Of a DNA stretch of 64,000 bases, positions 1-10,397 are shown in pieces; within the stretch, counting starts at the first letter, position 1, and the number at the start of each line of letters is the position of its first letter. A program made the translations under genes and the position numbers. The notes beneath the pieces were generated by a model. The model saw only the letters and a list, made by a program, of their open reading frames with translations. It was not told the origin of the DNA and ran no database searches. Source of the DNA: Phycisphaerae bacterium (lineage in GTDB: Bacteria; Planctomycetota; Phycisphaerae; UBA1845; Fen-1342). The stretch lies in assembly GCA_963675745.2 (NCBI GenBank), contig CAXXWX010000016.1:160001-224000 (forward strand), in the 5' to 3' direction.

Positions 1-109
1 CGAAGGGGTGAGGACCAGTCGGTCTTCAGCGCGGCGTGAATCCGCGCCGGGGATGGTTCGATCAGCAACGCCTGGTCGGCGCTGGGTGTCCGGAGACGCC
101 CGGGCTCGA

Positions 110-862
110 TCATCTGCTCTCGGGACATGCACACAGAGTACAGGTCGGTGCCCGCTTTGTCGCGGCGCTGTCGGTGGTCAGTGCGCGCAGCAGCACTTCG
201 ACATAGTGCAGCAAGCGCGCCTCCGGGTCGTCGAGCGTCCCGCCAAACTCGCGTTGCGTGTCACGGTAGATGCGCCGAACCGGGATTTCGCGCATTTTCA
301 TACCGGCCCGAGCGAATCGTGGCCAGAATTGCAGCGGAAAAGCGTAGCCCGGCTCATCCAGGCACAACGCGCGCATCGCGGCGACACGGTGGGCCTTGAA
401 GCCGCAGAATGAGTCGGTCAGCTTCAGGCCCAAGAGCTGCTCCAGCAGGTTGTTGATCAGGAAGTTTATGCGGCGGCGTTCGCGCGGGGCCTCATCGTCG
501 TCGGGGTGCGGCGCAAGATAGCGCGATCCGCTTATCAGATCCACGTCATTACGCGCAGCGGCCGCGAAGAACTCGGGCAACTGGGCCGGCTCGTGCTGTT
601 CATCACAGTCCATCGTGACGACCCAGTCATATCCGGCGCGCTGGGCGTAGGCGAAGGCGTCGATCAGACTCTGGCCATACCCGCGGTTCTCGATGTGCGT
701 AATCGTGGCCACATGGGGGAATTCGGCGAGCAGGCCGGCGGTGGAGTCGGTTGACCCGTCGTTGATCACGAGGATGTCCCGCGCATACCGCGAAACCGCC
801 GCCAGAACGCGCGGCAGGTAGGGAGCTTCATTGTAGACCGGTATGGCCACCAGAATTCGCAT
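110..862 (-). CDS. Glycosyltransferase family 2 (DPM/DPG synthase-like)
   Basis: Start MRILVAIPVYNE (ATG at 862), INDGSTD, NRGYG, MDCDEQH (DxD), DSFCGFKA motifs. Confidence 0.85.
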   Translation of the reverse strand: MRILVAIPVYNEAPYLPRVLAAVSRYARDILVINDGSTDSTAGLLAEFPHVATITHIENRGYGQSLIDAFAYAQRAGYDWVVTMDCDEQHEPAQLPEFFAAAARNDVDLISGSRYLAPHPDDDEAPRERRRINFLINNLLEQLLGLKLTDSFCGFKAHRVAAMRALCLDEPGYAFPLQFWPRFARAGMKMREIPVRRIYRDTQREFGGTLDDPEARLLHYVEVLLRALTTDSAATKRAPTCTLCACPESR

Positions 863-942
863 CGACCCGGCTCCCGCGGCATCCCATGGGCAATCCGCCC
901 GATTCCCACATCGGATGATTCTTCTAGGCCACTGTGCAAATG

Positions 943-2172
943 TCAAACGCGAGTTTTGGCCAGTACTTGCAGGGCATCATCGACGATCGCGCCGGCCGCA
1001 TCCGGACGACCCAGGCCTCCGGCGCGGCGCCGCAGCGCCGCCAGTCGGTCGGCATCGTTCAGCATACTGCCAACGCGGTAGCCCAGCATGCGAATATTGT
1101 TGACTTTGACGGCCGCGCCCCCCTCCAGCAGAAAGTCACTGTTGCGGGCTTCCTGCCCGGGAATCGGATTGACAACCACCAGGGGCAGCCCGCAGACCAG
1201 CGCCTCAGACGCGGTCAGCCCCCCGGGCTTGGTTATCGCCACGTCCGCCGCCCGCATGAACTCATGCATCTTGTCCGTAAAGCCAACCACCACGACCGTG
1301 CGGCTGCCGCGGCTGGCTCGGGCCTGGAGCCGGCTGCGCAGTTTCTCGTTGTGACCGGTGACCACAATCAACTGCACCTGAGGCGGCATGCGCATCAGCT
1401 CGCGAAACAGCTCGCCGGTCGGCCCCACACCGAAGCCGCCGCAAAGCAACAACGCCACCGGCTGGTCGAGGCGCAGCCCGTGCTTCCGGCGTGCGAATTC
1501 CCTGGAGATCGGCTGATTGAACGCGGCGCGCACGGGTATGCCGGTCACGTGTACGTCGCGCGGCGCGACGCCCCAGGTCACCAGATACGCCTTACCTTCC
1601 TCCGTGGCGGTGTAGTAGCGCTCCGTGGGCGGCTGCACCCAGAGGCGGTGAGTTTCGAAATCGGTGGTGACGGTCACCTGTGGGCAGCTCAGCCGGTAGC
1701 GCCGCCGCTGAATCGCCACAATTTCCGCCGACAGAAAGTGGGTGTTCACAATCAGGCTGGGCCGGCGGCGAAAGAGGTACTTGACCGTGCTGCGCGTGTT
1801 GATGTTCTGGAAGGCGGTGCGTATCCAGTCGCGGTATTCCTGGTCCGGCCGATCCATGGCCTCGTAGAGCCAACCCATGGCGCTGGGGGCATGGTTGACA
1901 AGTGCCAGGTAACCCTGGGCATACAGGCGGCGGAAGAACCCGTTGGAGAGCTGCAACACATCGATGATCTCGACGTCGCCATGCGGCAGGCGCTCACGAA
2001 ACGCGGATTGCAGCGCCTCGGCCGCGACCATATGACCCGCGCCCGCCGAAGCGCTCAGGATCAGGATCGGGCCCTGATCGGCAGACACGCCGGCACTCTC
2101 ATCGTGCGAAGCCGGTGCGGGGTGAACCTGCGGCGTGGCGGCGTCTCGGATTGTCGACGTGGGTGCGCTCAT
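943..2172 (-). CDS. MGDG synthase / UgtP-like diacylglycerol glycosyltransferase (GT28-like)
   Basis: ILSASAGAGH, VTTDF, TGIPVR, TKPGGLT, PIPGQEARN motifs; start uncertain (ORF open to 2274). Confidence 0.85.
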   Translation of the reverse strand: MSAPTSTIRDAATPQVHPAPASHDESAGVSADQGPILILSASAGAGHMVAAEALQSAFRERLPHGDVEIIDVLQLSNGFFRRLYAQGYLALVNHAPSAMGWLYEAMDRPDQEYRDWIRTAFQNINTRSTVKYLFRRRPSLIVNTHFLSAEIVAIQRRRYRLSCPQVTVTTDFETHRLWVQPPTERYYTATEEGKAYLVTWGVAPRDVHVTGIPVRAAFNQPISREFARRKHGLRLDQPVALLLCGGFGVGPTGELFRELMRMPPQVQLIVVTGHNEKLRSRLQARASRGSRTVVVVGFTDKMHEFMRAADVAITKPGGLTASEALVCGLPLVVVNPIPGQEARNSDFLLEGGAAVKVNNIRMLGYRVGSMLNDADRLAALRRRAGGLGRPDAAGAIVDDALQVLAKTRV

Positions 2173-2216
2173 TTGTCGATTCTCAACAAACGTCCGTTCT
2201 CCGCAGGTGGCGGCCG

Positions 2217-2555
2217 TTACACGCACATACGCTTGGTCACGCGCACAAGTGACAGGATGCAGTCTTCCAGGCACATGTGCATGCCGCGCTGCGGCGCAAT
2301 AAGCAAATCATAACCGGGTGGCAGGTCATGCTGCGACAAGCGAAACGCCTCGCGCAGAATCCGTTTTAGCCGGTTTCGCCGCACTGCGCCACCATGCTTG
2401 CGGCTGACGATCAGCCCCAATCGGGTTACGTCCAGTCCGTTGGGCATCACCCAGACAACCAGCGGGCCGTCGTGGGCGCGCCTTCCCTCTGCAAACGCGC
2501 GCTGGAAGTCGCGGCGTTTGCGTACACGCAACCGCGGCGGGAACCTCATGCGCAT
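2217..2555 (-). CDS. rnpA: Ribonuclease P protein component
   Basis: FPPRLRVRKRRDF, RLGLIVSRK-GGAVRRNRLKRILREAFR (RNR motif). Confidence 0.92.
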   Translation of the reverse strand: MRMRFPPRLRVRKRRDFQRAFAEGRRAHDGPLVVWVMPNGLDVTRLGLIVSRKHGGAVRRNRLKRILREAFRLSQHDLPPGYDLLIAPQRGMHMCLEDCILSLVRVTKRMCV

Positions 2556-2583
2556 GGGCACCCCGTGTGTGCTTCGGCCCGGC

Positions 2584-3796
2584 TCACGATTCCGCCGGCC
2601 GGAAAAATCCGATGCTGGCTGTATGGCCATGCAGGAAGTTCCGCTCCCCGATGGGGCCGATCTCGCCTTGGCAGAACATGCCGGCCACCGGTAACGCACC
2701 ACACTGGTCAGCGATTGCGCGCGTGTCATGATGCGCGCACGAGAATAGGCGTGTCCCGCGGCCGTTGCAACTGAACAACAACGCACCCGCCGGCCGCGGC
2801 GGCGCGCCCTGTGCCAGCAGGGCTGTCAGTTCCTCGCTGGCCGACTCTTCGTCGCGCACGTGAAACTGGAGCGTCTGTCCCGCGCGCACCACGTCGTTGA
2901 TCGCCAGCGTCCCGCTCTCCTGGTCCGAGTCGATCGGATTACGTATGAGGAAATCGTGCGGCTGCTCCCGCCGATCATCGATCACGCGACCAACCAGGAC
3001 GCCGCGCGTGCGCGCCAGTTCGATGTCGCGCTGCCGGCAGGTGCGCAGAACCTCGATGAGCCTTGAAAGCGCCGGTTCTTCGTCGAGCTGTTGGATGATA
3101 TTGCGTTCCGCCTGGGTGACGACCAGCGGCCGCCCGATCGGGCGACAACCCTGTGATACGACAGTGTCGATGCGCGCATTGCCCCAGACCGCCACACCCA
3201 CCAGGCCGCTGCGCAGCGCCTGCCCCTCAAACGCCAGCAGGTTCTGGCCGGGGCGTTCAGCCGCGGATGCCATCCCGCCGATGACGGATCTGCCGGGGTA
3301 TGCCACCTCCAGGCGGTTAAGCAGCTCGAGCGCGCCAGGGCCGCAGGTGAATGGGTCCGCCAGCAGCACGAAGCTCGGCCCCTCATCGGCCGGCACATCA
3401 AGGTACTCGCGTATGCGCTCGGGATGATCGTGTACGGCGACATCGTCGGCGCTCAGGTGAAACGCCTTTACGCGACCGCCCGGCATGTGTGCGGCCCACA
3501 AGGCGACGGCCGGTCGTGACTCCAGTTCCTGTTGATCACAGGCCACAACTTCAGCGCTCGTTCCGATGAACGCCTGCGGGCCGAGGTGGTCATACATGTC
3601 GCCTGTCAGGCGTGTGTACTCCTCCTCGAAGTGCGCGCTGGCGAAGAGTAACCGCCAGGTGTACCGGGCGGTCGCCGAGCGCTTGGCGCACGTCATCTGC
3701 CAGCCGCTTGCCCGTATCGGCCTGGCCGACGCTGGTAGCCAGCGCGGTTGCGACCCGCATTTCTCCCGTTTTGGAATGCATATCAGCGGTGTCCAA
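2584..3796 (-). pseudogene. FIST N/C domain protein with a single-base frameshift near 3650 (real or sequencing error)
   Basis: C-terminal FIST motifs (VVSQGCRPIG, LFSCNGRG, GMFCQGEIGP) in ORF 2584..3804; the N-terminus (MRVATALATS..RPVHLAV) is in ORF 3590..3796; removing one A at 3650/3651 joins them as ..HLAVLFASAHF. Confidence 0.75.
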
Positions 3797-3937
3797 TCCG
3801 TCACGCCACAGCCGACGCCTTTTTTGATCTGACTGCTAAGCGTCCACAGTACCGTTGCGGCTTGCGCCTAGCGGGCCGCCGAGCTGAAAACATGGTTTCC
3901 GCTCTCCAGCGGCCGGCGGGGCGCCGGCCGTTACATT

Positions 3938-4258
3938 TCACGGCAGCCAGTGCTCCTGGTCTCCTGCGTCGTCGTCAGTGACGACGTCAGCCAGCGCGGA
4001 AATGCTGACGACGGCGGCGCGATCAACGAACGTCAACTTTCGGCTGATCCGCCGCACACCGGAGCACTCCAGCTTGCGGGCGTCGTTGAGGTACACCTCC
4101 TTGGTGCTGTGGCCGTCCCGACGGTCGTGAACGTCGGCGTCCGCCAGCCAATACCCGGTTCCGTCGTGTTGTCGCAGCAGGCCGATGTACAACAGCGGCC
4201 CCTGCGTGTCGAGCACGACGCGTTGCCGCAGATACCTGTCCAGCGAAAGCTCGCCCAT
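3938..4258 (-). CDS. Small hypothetical protein, possible Sm/LSm-like fold
   Basis: VVLDT..YIGLL..D..YWL.DADVHD pattern reminiscent of the Sm1 motif; divergent from recO. Confidence 0.55.
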   Translation of the reverse strand: MGELSLDRYLRQRVVLDTQGPLLYIGLLRQHDGTGYWLADADVHDRRDGHSTKEVYLNDARKLECSGVRRISRKLTFVDRAAVVSISALADVVTDDDAGDQEHWLP

Positions 4259-4406
4259 CCGTCGCTCACGATTCAGACGCCACCGTGGCCACACCCGTGG
4301 CCGACGTATTACGCTATTCTATGAACAACCACCGCGCAGCACCACGCGTTGCGCGGCGGAAGGAAGTGTGTGGCCGCTTGCGGCGGCACATGAACGAGGT
4401 GCGTCC

Positions 4407-5141
4407 ATGCCGATCGAGCGCGATCAGGCGATCGTCCTGCGTTTGACTGACTACTCGGAAACGTCGCAGATTGCGACGCTGTTCGCGGCCGACGCCGGCC
4501 TGCTGCGTCTGATTGCCAAGGGGATCAAACGCGGCACTTCCAAGCGCTTTGCAACCGGCATGGACCTGCTGGAATTGGGCGAGGTCAACTACGCACCGCC
4601 GCGTGGCGATGCAACACTGGCGACGCTCACCGATTGGACGCAGCGCGACACGTTCAGCGGCCTGCGCAAAAACCTGGCCGGCCTTTACGCCGGCCTCTAC
4701 GCGGCCGAGTTGGTCAGCTCGCTCACGGAAGAGCGCGACCCGCATCCCGAGCTCTTCGAAGCCCTGCACGGATTGCTCGCCGGCCTCGCGGACGGCGGCC
4801 AGATCGCCCTGAAGATCTCGCGCTTCCAATACCGATTGCTGGACGCGATTGGTTATCGGCCCACGTTGGACCGCTGTGTCTCGTGTGACCGCCCGGCGGC
4901 TCCTAACGCCACGCTTTACTTCAGCAGCGCGGCCGGCGGCATCGTCTGCCGCGATTGTGAGATGCACTATGTCGAGAAACGCCCGCTGCGCCGCGGCTTG
5001 ATCGGCGCCAAGCGTGAGGCGCGTGACGCCTCGGCATGGTTCGAGTTACTGGACTATCATCTGTGTAATATCGCGGGTCACGGCTTTAAGTCGACGTCGC
5101 AATTGGCACGCCAACTGGCTCGTCTCGCGGAAGGCGCGTGA
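4407..5141 (+). CDS. recO: DNA repair protein RecO
   Basis: AIVLRLTDYSETSQIATLF, AKG, CVSC...CRDC zinc finger; SD GAGG upstream of ATG 4407. Confidence 0.92.
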   Translation: MPIERDQAIVLRLTDYSETSQIATLFAADAGLLRLIAKGIKRGTSKRFATGMDLLELGEVNYAPPRGDATLATLTDWTQRDTFSGLRKNLAGLYAGLYAAELVSSLTEERDPHPELFEALHGLLAGLADGGQIALKISRFQYRLLDAIGYRPTLDRCVSCDRPAAPNATLYFSSAAGGIVCRDCEMHYVEKRPLRRGLIGAKREARDASAWFELLDYHLCNIAGHGFKSTSQLARQLARLAEGA

Positions 5142-5294
5142 CAATCGTGTGCGATCCCGATCCTGATCGCGCTCAGCACGGCGAAGGAACCGGCCCCGGC
5201 CGGATGTTCTAAGCCACTTACGCAAGCGGACTTACATCGACGCGGCAAGTGTGGTCCCCGCCGGCGCGGATTAGCCGTTGGTTTGGCGCGGGTA

Positions 5295-5323
5295 TTGCGA
5301 GGGGCAGTGATGAGGCCTATACT
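5295..5323 (+). promoter_or_regulatory. Putative sigma70 promoter of rpsO-pnp
   Basis: TTGCGA-N17-TATACT about 90 nt upstream of rpsO. Confidence 0.55.
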
Positions 5324-5410
5324 GTGCCCCAATCAGGTTGTCTCGGCGACCTTCCGCGCCCGGAAGTGAACGACTGGGACATTACCCAAGTGTTGTAAGG
5401 AGAATGGGCC

Positions 5411-5680
5411 GTGGCATTATCCACAGAGGAAAAAACAGAGGTCACAAAAGACCACCGCCGGCATGACACGGACACGGGCTCCGCGGAAGTGCAGATTGCG
5501 GTGTTGACCACACGCATCAAGCAGTTGACGGAACATTTGCGGTCGCACGCGAAAGATCACTCAGCGCGGCGCGGGTTGCTCAAAATGGTTGGGCGCCGTT
5601 CAGCGCTGTTGAAGTTTCTCGCCCGAGGGTCACACGATCGCTATTTGGAGACGATCGGGAAATTGGGCTTGCGCAAATAG
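5411..5680 (+). CDS. rpsO: 30S ribosomal protein S15
   Basis: DTGSAEVQIAVLT..HLRSHAKDHSARRGLLKMVGRR..LGLRK. Confidence 0.98.
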   Translation: MALSTEEKTEVTKDHRRHDTDTGSAEVQIAVLTTRIKQLTEHLRSHAKDHSARRGLLKMVGRRSALLKFLARGSHDRYLETIGKLGLRK

Positions 5681-5912
5681 GGTGCGAGAGCGGTCAGCGA
5701 AAACCGCAGCGCTCGCGATCGGGATTCCACGGGGGGCATGTGGAACAGTGCGAGCAACGAATCTGAAGCACTCAACACTCGCAGCCGCGTGGCGCTTTGC
5801 AAGCGCTCGCGGCGCGCTGTGTATTTGGGGGGCATCGGATCAGACGGACAGCAAGACAACTTACAGGCAGAGATTACAGAGAGTCTGAGAAACTAGGGCA
5901 GGTAGAATAGCG

Positions 5913-8009
5913 ATGGTATTCAAAGTCGAACGGCAAGTAGGTGAATGCGTTCTATCAATCGAGGTCGGCAAAGTCGCCAAGCAGGCGGCCGGCGCCGCGG
6001 TGGTTCGTTATGGCGATACCGTCGTGCTCGGGACGGTGGTCTCTTCTGATCCGCGCCCGGGGATAGATTTTTTCCCTCTCCAGGTCGATTATCGTGAGCG
6101 CATGGCCGCCGCGGGCAAGTTCCCCGGCGGCTTTTTCAAGCGCGAAGGCCGACCCTCCGCCAAGGAAATCCTCTCGGCGCGCATGATCGACCGCCCGATT
6201 CGGCCGCTGTTTCCGAAGGATTTCAAGAACGAAGTCCAGATTCAGGTAATCACGTTGGCGGTCGACTGCCAGCATGATACGGATGTGCTGGGCCTTGTGG
6301 CCGCGGCCGCCGCCCTCGCCGTCGCCCCGATTCCGTTCGAGGGACCGGTCGCGGGCGTTCGTGTGGCCCATGTGGAAGGCAAGTACATCATTAACCCGAC
6401 TCAGGCGCAGCTCGAGTACAGCGACCTGGACCTGGTGCTCGCCGGCCATCCGGACGGCGTCAACATGATCGAGGTCGGCGCCGACGAAGCCTCGGAAAAA
6501 ACCGTGCTCGATGCCATCAAGTTCGGTCACGAGCAGGGCATTCAGCCAATCTGTGAAATGCTCGAGGAACTCAAACGCAACGTTGGCAAACCGTCCACCT
6601 GGGAAGCCCCCGAAGCTGACAGCGCGTTTGCCGAAGAGATCAACAAGAAAGCCTACGAACGGCTGCGTGAAGCCAAGAGCATCGCCGGCAAACAGGAGCG
6701 CTACGACGCCGTTAACGTCGTATATTCCGAGCTTCTCGATGAGTATTGCCCGGAAGATGCCCCCGAGAGCGAACGAACTCGTGGCGAAGTCAGAGAGGCG
6801 ATCCAGGAGGTCGAAAAGTCCGTCATTCGCGACCGCCTGCTCAATGACGGTGTCCGGCCCGATGGCCGTGACGCCGAGACAATCCGACCGATTGACTGCG
6901 AGGTGGCGTGGTTGCCACGCATTCACGGATCGGCCGTGTTCACGCGCGGCGAAACTCAGGCCCTGGTGGTCACGACGCTCGGCACGCCGCGCGATGAGCA
7001 GACCATTGACGACATGATGGGTGAGTATTCGAAGAAGTTCCTGCTGCACTACAATTTCCCCCCCTTCTCGGTCGGAGAAGCCCGCCGCATCATGGGGCCC
7101 GGACGGCGTGAGATCGGGCACGGCGCGCTGGCCGAGCGCAGCCTCCAGGCGGTGCTGCCATCGCCGGACGACTTCCCATACACCATTCGCCTGGTCAGTG
7201 ATATTCTCGAGTCAAACGGGTCCAGCTCGATGGCAACCGTCTGCGGCGGCACGATGAGCCTGATGGACGCGGGCGTGCCGATCAAAGCGCCGGTTGCGGG
7301 CATTTCGGTGGGAATGTTCACCAACAGCGACAAGCATCAGTTGGTGATCGACATTCTCGGTGAAGAGGATCATTTTGGCGACATGGACTTCAAGGTCGCC
7401 GGTACCGAAAACGGCATCACGGGCATCCAGCTTGACCTCAAGGCGCGCGGCCTGAGTCATGAGCTGATCGCCGAGACATTCGAGCTGGCCAAGAAGGGGC
7501 GGCTGCACATCCTCAAGGAAATGGCCAAAACCCTCGACAAGCCACGGCAGGACATCAGTGAACACGCCCCAAGAATGTTGACGATCCGGATCGATCCTGA
7601 GAAGATCGGTAAGGTGATTGGCCCGGGCGGCAAGTCGATCAAGGCTTTGCAGGCCGCCAGCGGCGCACAGATCGATATCGAGGAAGACGGCACGATCTTC
7701 ATTTCGTGCCTGGAGGCCAAGGGCGCCGAGGAAGCACGCAGCGCGATCGAGCGCATGACCGAAGATGTCAAGGTCGGTCGCATCTATGATGGGACGGTGA
7801 CGACCATCCGCGACTTCGGCGCGTTTGTTGAGTTGTTTGAAGGCCAGGATGGCCTGTGCCACATCAGCGAGTTGGCCGACGGCTATGTAAAGAGCGTCAC
7901 TGATGAGGTCTCGCTGGGTCAGAAGGTCAAGGTCAAGGTGATCGCGATCGACCAGCAGGGCCGTGTAAAGCTCTCGCGTAAGGCCGCGCTGAAAGAGACG
8001 ACGGAATAG
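5913..8009 (+). CDS. pnp: Polyribonucleotide nucleotidyltransferase
   Basis: [43 protein letters not shown] and S1 domains; follows rpsO. Confidence 0.98.
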   Translation: MVFKVERQVGECVLSIEVGKVAKQAAGAAVVRYGDTVVLGTVVSSDPRPGIDFFPLQVDYRERMAAAGKFPGGFFKREGRPSAKEILSARMIDRPIRPLFPKDFKNEVQIQVITLAVDCQHDTDVLGLVAAAAALAVAPIPFEGPVAGVRVAHVEGKYIINPTQAQLEYSDLDLVLAGHPDGVNMIEVGADEASEKTVLDAIKFGHEQGIQPICEMLEELKRNVGKPSTWEAPEADSAFAEEINKKAYERLREAKSIAGKQERYDAVNVVYSELLDEYCPEDAPESERTRGEVREAIQEVEKSVIRDRLLNDGVRPDGRDAETIRPIDCEVAWLPRIHGSAVFTRGETQALVVTTLGTPRDEQTIDDMMGEYSKKFLLHYNFPPFSVGEARRIMGPGRREIGHGALAERSLQAVLPSPDDFPYTIRLVSDILESNGSSSMATVCGGTMSLMDAGVPIKAPVAGISVGMFTNSDKHQLVIDILGEEDHFGDMDFKVAGTENGITGIQLDLKARGLSHELIAETFELAKKGRLHILKEMAKTLDKPRQDISEHAPRMLTIRIDPEKIGKVIGPGGKSIKALQAASGAQIDIEEDGTIFISCLEAKGAEEARSAIERMTEDVKVGRIYDGTVTTIRDFGAFVELFEGQDGLCHISELADGYVKSVTDEVSLGQKVKVKVIAIDQQGRVKLSRKAALKETTE

Positions 8010-8237
8010 CGTTTCACGCGGGCGTATGTGAGCCCGCGCGTTGGCATACGACTGGCGGACAAGCGGGGTTGTCTTGTCCGTTGCGCCACTCGCCAGGATT
8101 CTGGCGAGCGGCTCGGGATAGGTGTGTGCGGCAATTCTGTCGCATTCACTCCCGCGGTCGGTGTCTGTCAGTCTCATTTCGAATCGGGAGCCGCGCCCCA
8201 CGCACCTCTAAGTAAAGCGGCTCCGGAGGTCGGCATT

Positions 8238-8453
8238 ATGACATCCGGCAATGTGAAGTGGTTTGATCAGAAGAAAGGGTACGGCTTTATCGTTGGCCCC
8301 GAAGGACAGGATGTATTCGTGCACTACACGAACATCCAGGCCGAAGGCTTTCGGTCTTTGCGGGACGGCGAGACGGTCGAGTACGAGCTGAAGAAGACCG
8401 ACAAGGGGCTTCAGGCCGGAACCGTTCGGCCGGTTGCCTCGCATGAGGCCTGA
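8238..8453 (+). CDS. Cold-shock domain protein
   Basis: GNVKWFDQKKGYGFI..DVFVHY (RNP1/RNP2); SD GGAGG. Confidence 0.95.
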   Translation: MTSGNVKWFDQKKGYGFIVGPEGQDVFVHYTNIQAEGFRSLRDGETVEYELKKTDKGLQAGTVRPVASHEA

Positions 8454-8715
8454 CGGTCGCCTTGCCACGGTGAACGAGCGTTTGCCGGACCAGCGTGGAC
8501 GGCTGACCCGCCCGCAGCGGGCGTGACAGGCAAATAGGGGATGGCGCCGCGCGTCTGGGTGTGCGCACCACCTGTAAGTACGGGTGGTCCGCCGCGCCAC
8601 TTGTGGTGCCTGACTTCCGCACGAGTGCACTGGAGCGATCCAGTGTGGAGTCGGTCCCCGAATATCGACACTTCGCCGGCCCGAGCAGGGACGCGCATAG
8701 ACGCCGAGGTTATCC

Positions 8716-10383
8716 GTGGCCACGTTTCATGTATTGCAGGGTCCGGACAAGGGGCGCACGCTCAAGACCGACGATAGCGTGGTGCTGATCGGCCGGGCCA
8801 GCGACCAGGTCCCCCTCACCGACCAGACCGTCAGCCGGCGACACGCCCAGCTCAAGCGTGAGAACGACGCCTGGACGCTCTACGATCTCCACAGCGTCAA
8901 CGGAACATATCTCAATGGTGTGCGGCTCCAGAAGCCGACGCGCCTGAAGCACGGCGACCAGATACGCGTCGGCAGCACGCTGTTCGTTTACGCCGGCGAG
9001 GAACGCACCGAGCAGTTCGCCGGCTCGACCATACCCACCGACCTGGTCACGCTTGACGCGGCCAACGACGCCATTGACGCATCCATTGTCGCCAGCGTGC
9101 CCTCCAACGAGGATAGCGTGGTGATGGCGGCGCCGGAGACCGCGTCAGCCGTCAAGGCCTGGCGCGTGATCCGCGAGCTGGCCGACGTGATCGGCAGCCT
9201 GCTGCCGCCTGACAAGCTCCTCGCACGCGTCATGGACATAATATTCGCGGAGGTCGAGGTCGAGCGTGGCGTGATCTTTGTGCGCGACGACGCCGCGGAA
9301 GAGCTGCTGCCGGAGGTCGTGCGGTTTCGACGTACAGAGGGCAAGCACGCCGCACCGGACGAGGCCATCATCGCCTCTCGCACCATCATGAAACACGTGA
9401 TCGATGCCCGCGACGGCGTGCTGTGCTCAAATGTCATCGCCGACAAGCGCTTTCGCAGCGGCAAGAGCGTGCAGAACCTGGGCATGCGTTCGGTGGTCTG
9501 CGCGCCGATCGTCGCCCGGGAACAGGTCCTGGGTATCATCCACCTCGACTGCCCGGTGACACGCCACACATATACCGAGCACGAGCTGCGCCTGATCACG
9601 GCGATCGGCTACCAGACCGGACTGGCGATCGAAAATGCCCGGCTCGTGCAGGCCCAGTTACAGCAGGAGCGGCTGGCGGCGACCGGCGAGACGGTCGCCT
9701 ACCTGTCGCACTCCATCAAGAACATGCTTCAGGGTCTGCAAAGCGGCGGTGATGTGCTGAAACGCGGTCTGGGCAAGCGCGACCTGGCGGCCGTCACGCA
9801 AGGCTGGGGCATCGTCACGCGCAATCTCGACAAAGTTTCGCGACTCATGATGAACATGCTGGCCTTCAGCAAGGACCGCGAGCCCCACCTGGAGCTGATC
9901 CAGATCAACAAGATCGTCGAAGAGGCCATCGCTGAATTACAGGGCCAGGCCGATCGCAAATCGGTGGTGCTCCTGAGCGATCTGGACGAGTTTGCCCCCA
10001 TCCCTCTCGATTATGACGGCGCGCATCAGCTTATCCTCAATCTGGTCGGCAACGCGATTGATGCCGTTCCGCCGGACAAGGGGATCGTCAATGTGCGGAC
10101 GTCGTTTGATGCGGTCGATGACGTCGTGGTTCTCACCGTGGCGGACAACGGTCCCGGTGTGCCCGAGGAGGAACGGGAACGCGTGTTCGAGCCGTTTCAC
10201 TCGACCAAGGGACACGCCGGCACCGGTCTGGGCCTCGCGGTCGCCCGCAAATTCGTGCTCGAGATGGGTGGGCGCATCGAGCTGAACTGCCCCAAAGACG
10301 GCGGGGCCGAGTTCATCGTCCGCCTGCGCAGCCAACGCGATCAGACGCTCGAGGCTGGCGATACGCACGGCCCCGGTGCATGA
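8716..10383 (+). CDS. FHA-GAF-histidine kinase
   Basis: IGR..VSRRHA..SVNGT (FHA); GAF RSVVCAPI; HSIKN, NLVGNAIDA, DNGPG, GTGLGL. Confidence 0.9.
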   Translation: MATFHVLQGPDKGRTLKTDDSVVLIGRASDQVPLTDQTVSRRHAQLKRENDAWTLYDLHSVNGTYLNGVRLQKPTRLKHGDQIRVGSTLFVYAGEERTEQFAGSTIPTDLVTLDAANDAIDASIVASVPSNEDSVVMAAPETASAVKAWRVIRELADVIGSLLPPDKLLARVMDIIFAEVEVERGVIFVRDDAAEELLPEVVRFRRTEGKHAAPDEAIIASRTIMKHVIDARDGVLCSNVIADKRFRSGKSVQNLGMRSVVCAPIVAREQVLGIIHLDCPVTRHTYTEHELRLITAIGYQTGLAIENARLVQAQLQQERLAATGETVAYLSHSIKNMLQGLQSGGDVLKRGLGKRDLAAVTQGWGIVTRNLDKVSRLMMNMLAFSKDREPHLELIQINKIVEEAIAELQGQADRKSVVLLSDLDEFAPIPLDYDGAHQLILNLVGNAIDAVPPDKGIVNVRTSFDAVDDVVVLTVADNGPGVPEEERERVFEPFHSTKGHAGTGLGLAVARKFVLEMGGRIELNCPKDGGAEFIVRLRSQRDQTLEAGDTHGPGA

Positions 10384-10397
10384 CGCGCCGGCGTTAG

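Noticed and set aside
934..2313. Long antisense ORFs (934..2313, 5955..7121, 23935..25125, 47841..49241, 61772..63304 and similar)
   Set aside because: Shadow ORFs opposite well-supported genes, expected at high GC; no recognisable motifs.
5680..5912. Possible tRNA or ncRNA between rpsO and pnp
   Set aside because: Only short hairpins; no cloverleaf, T-loop or CCA end.
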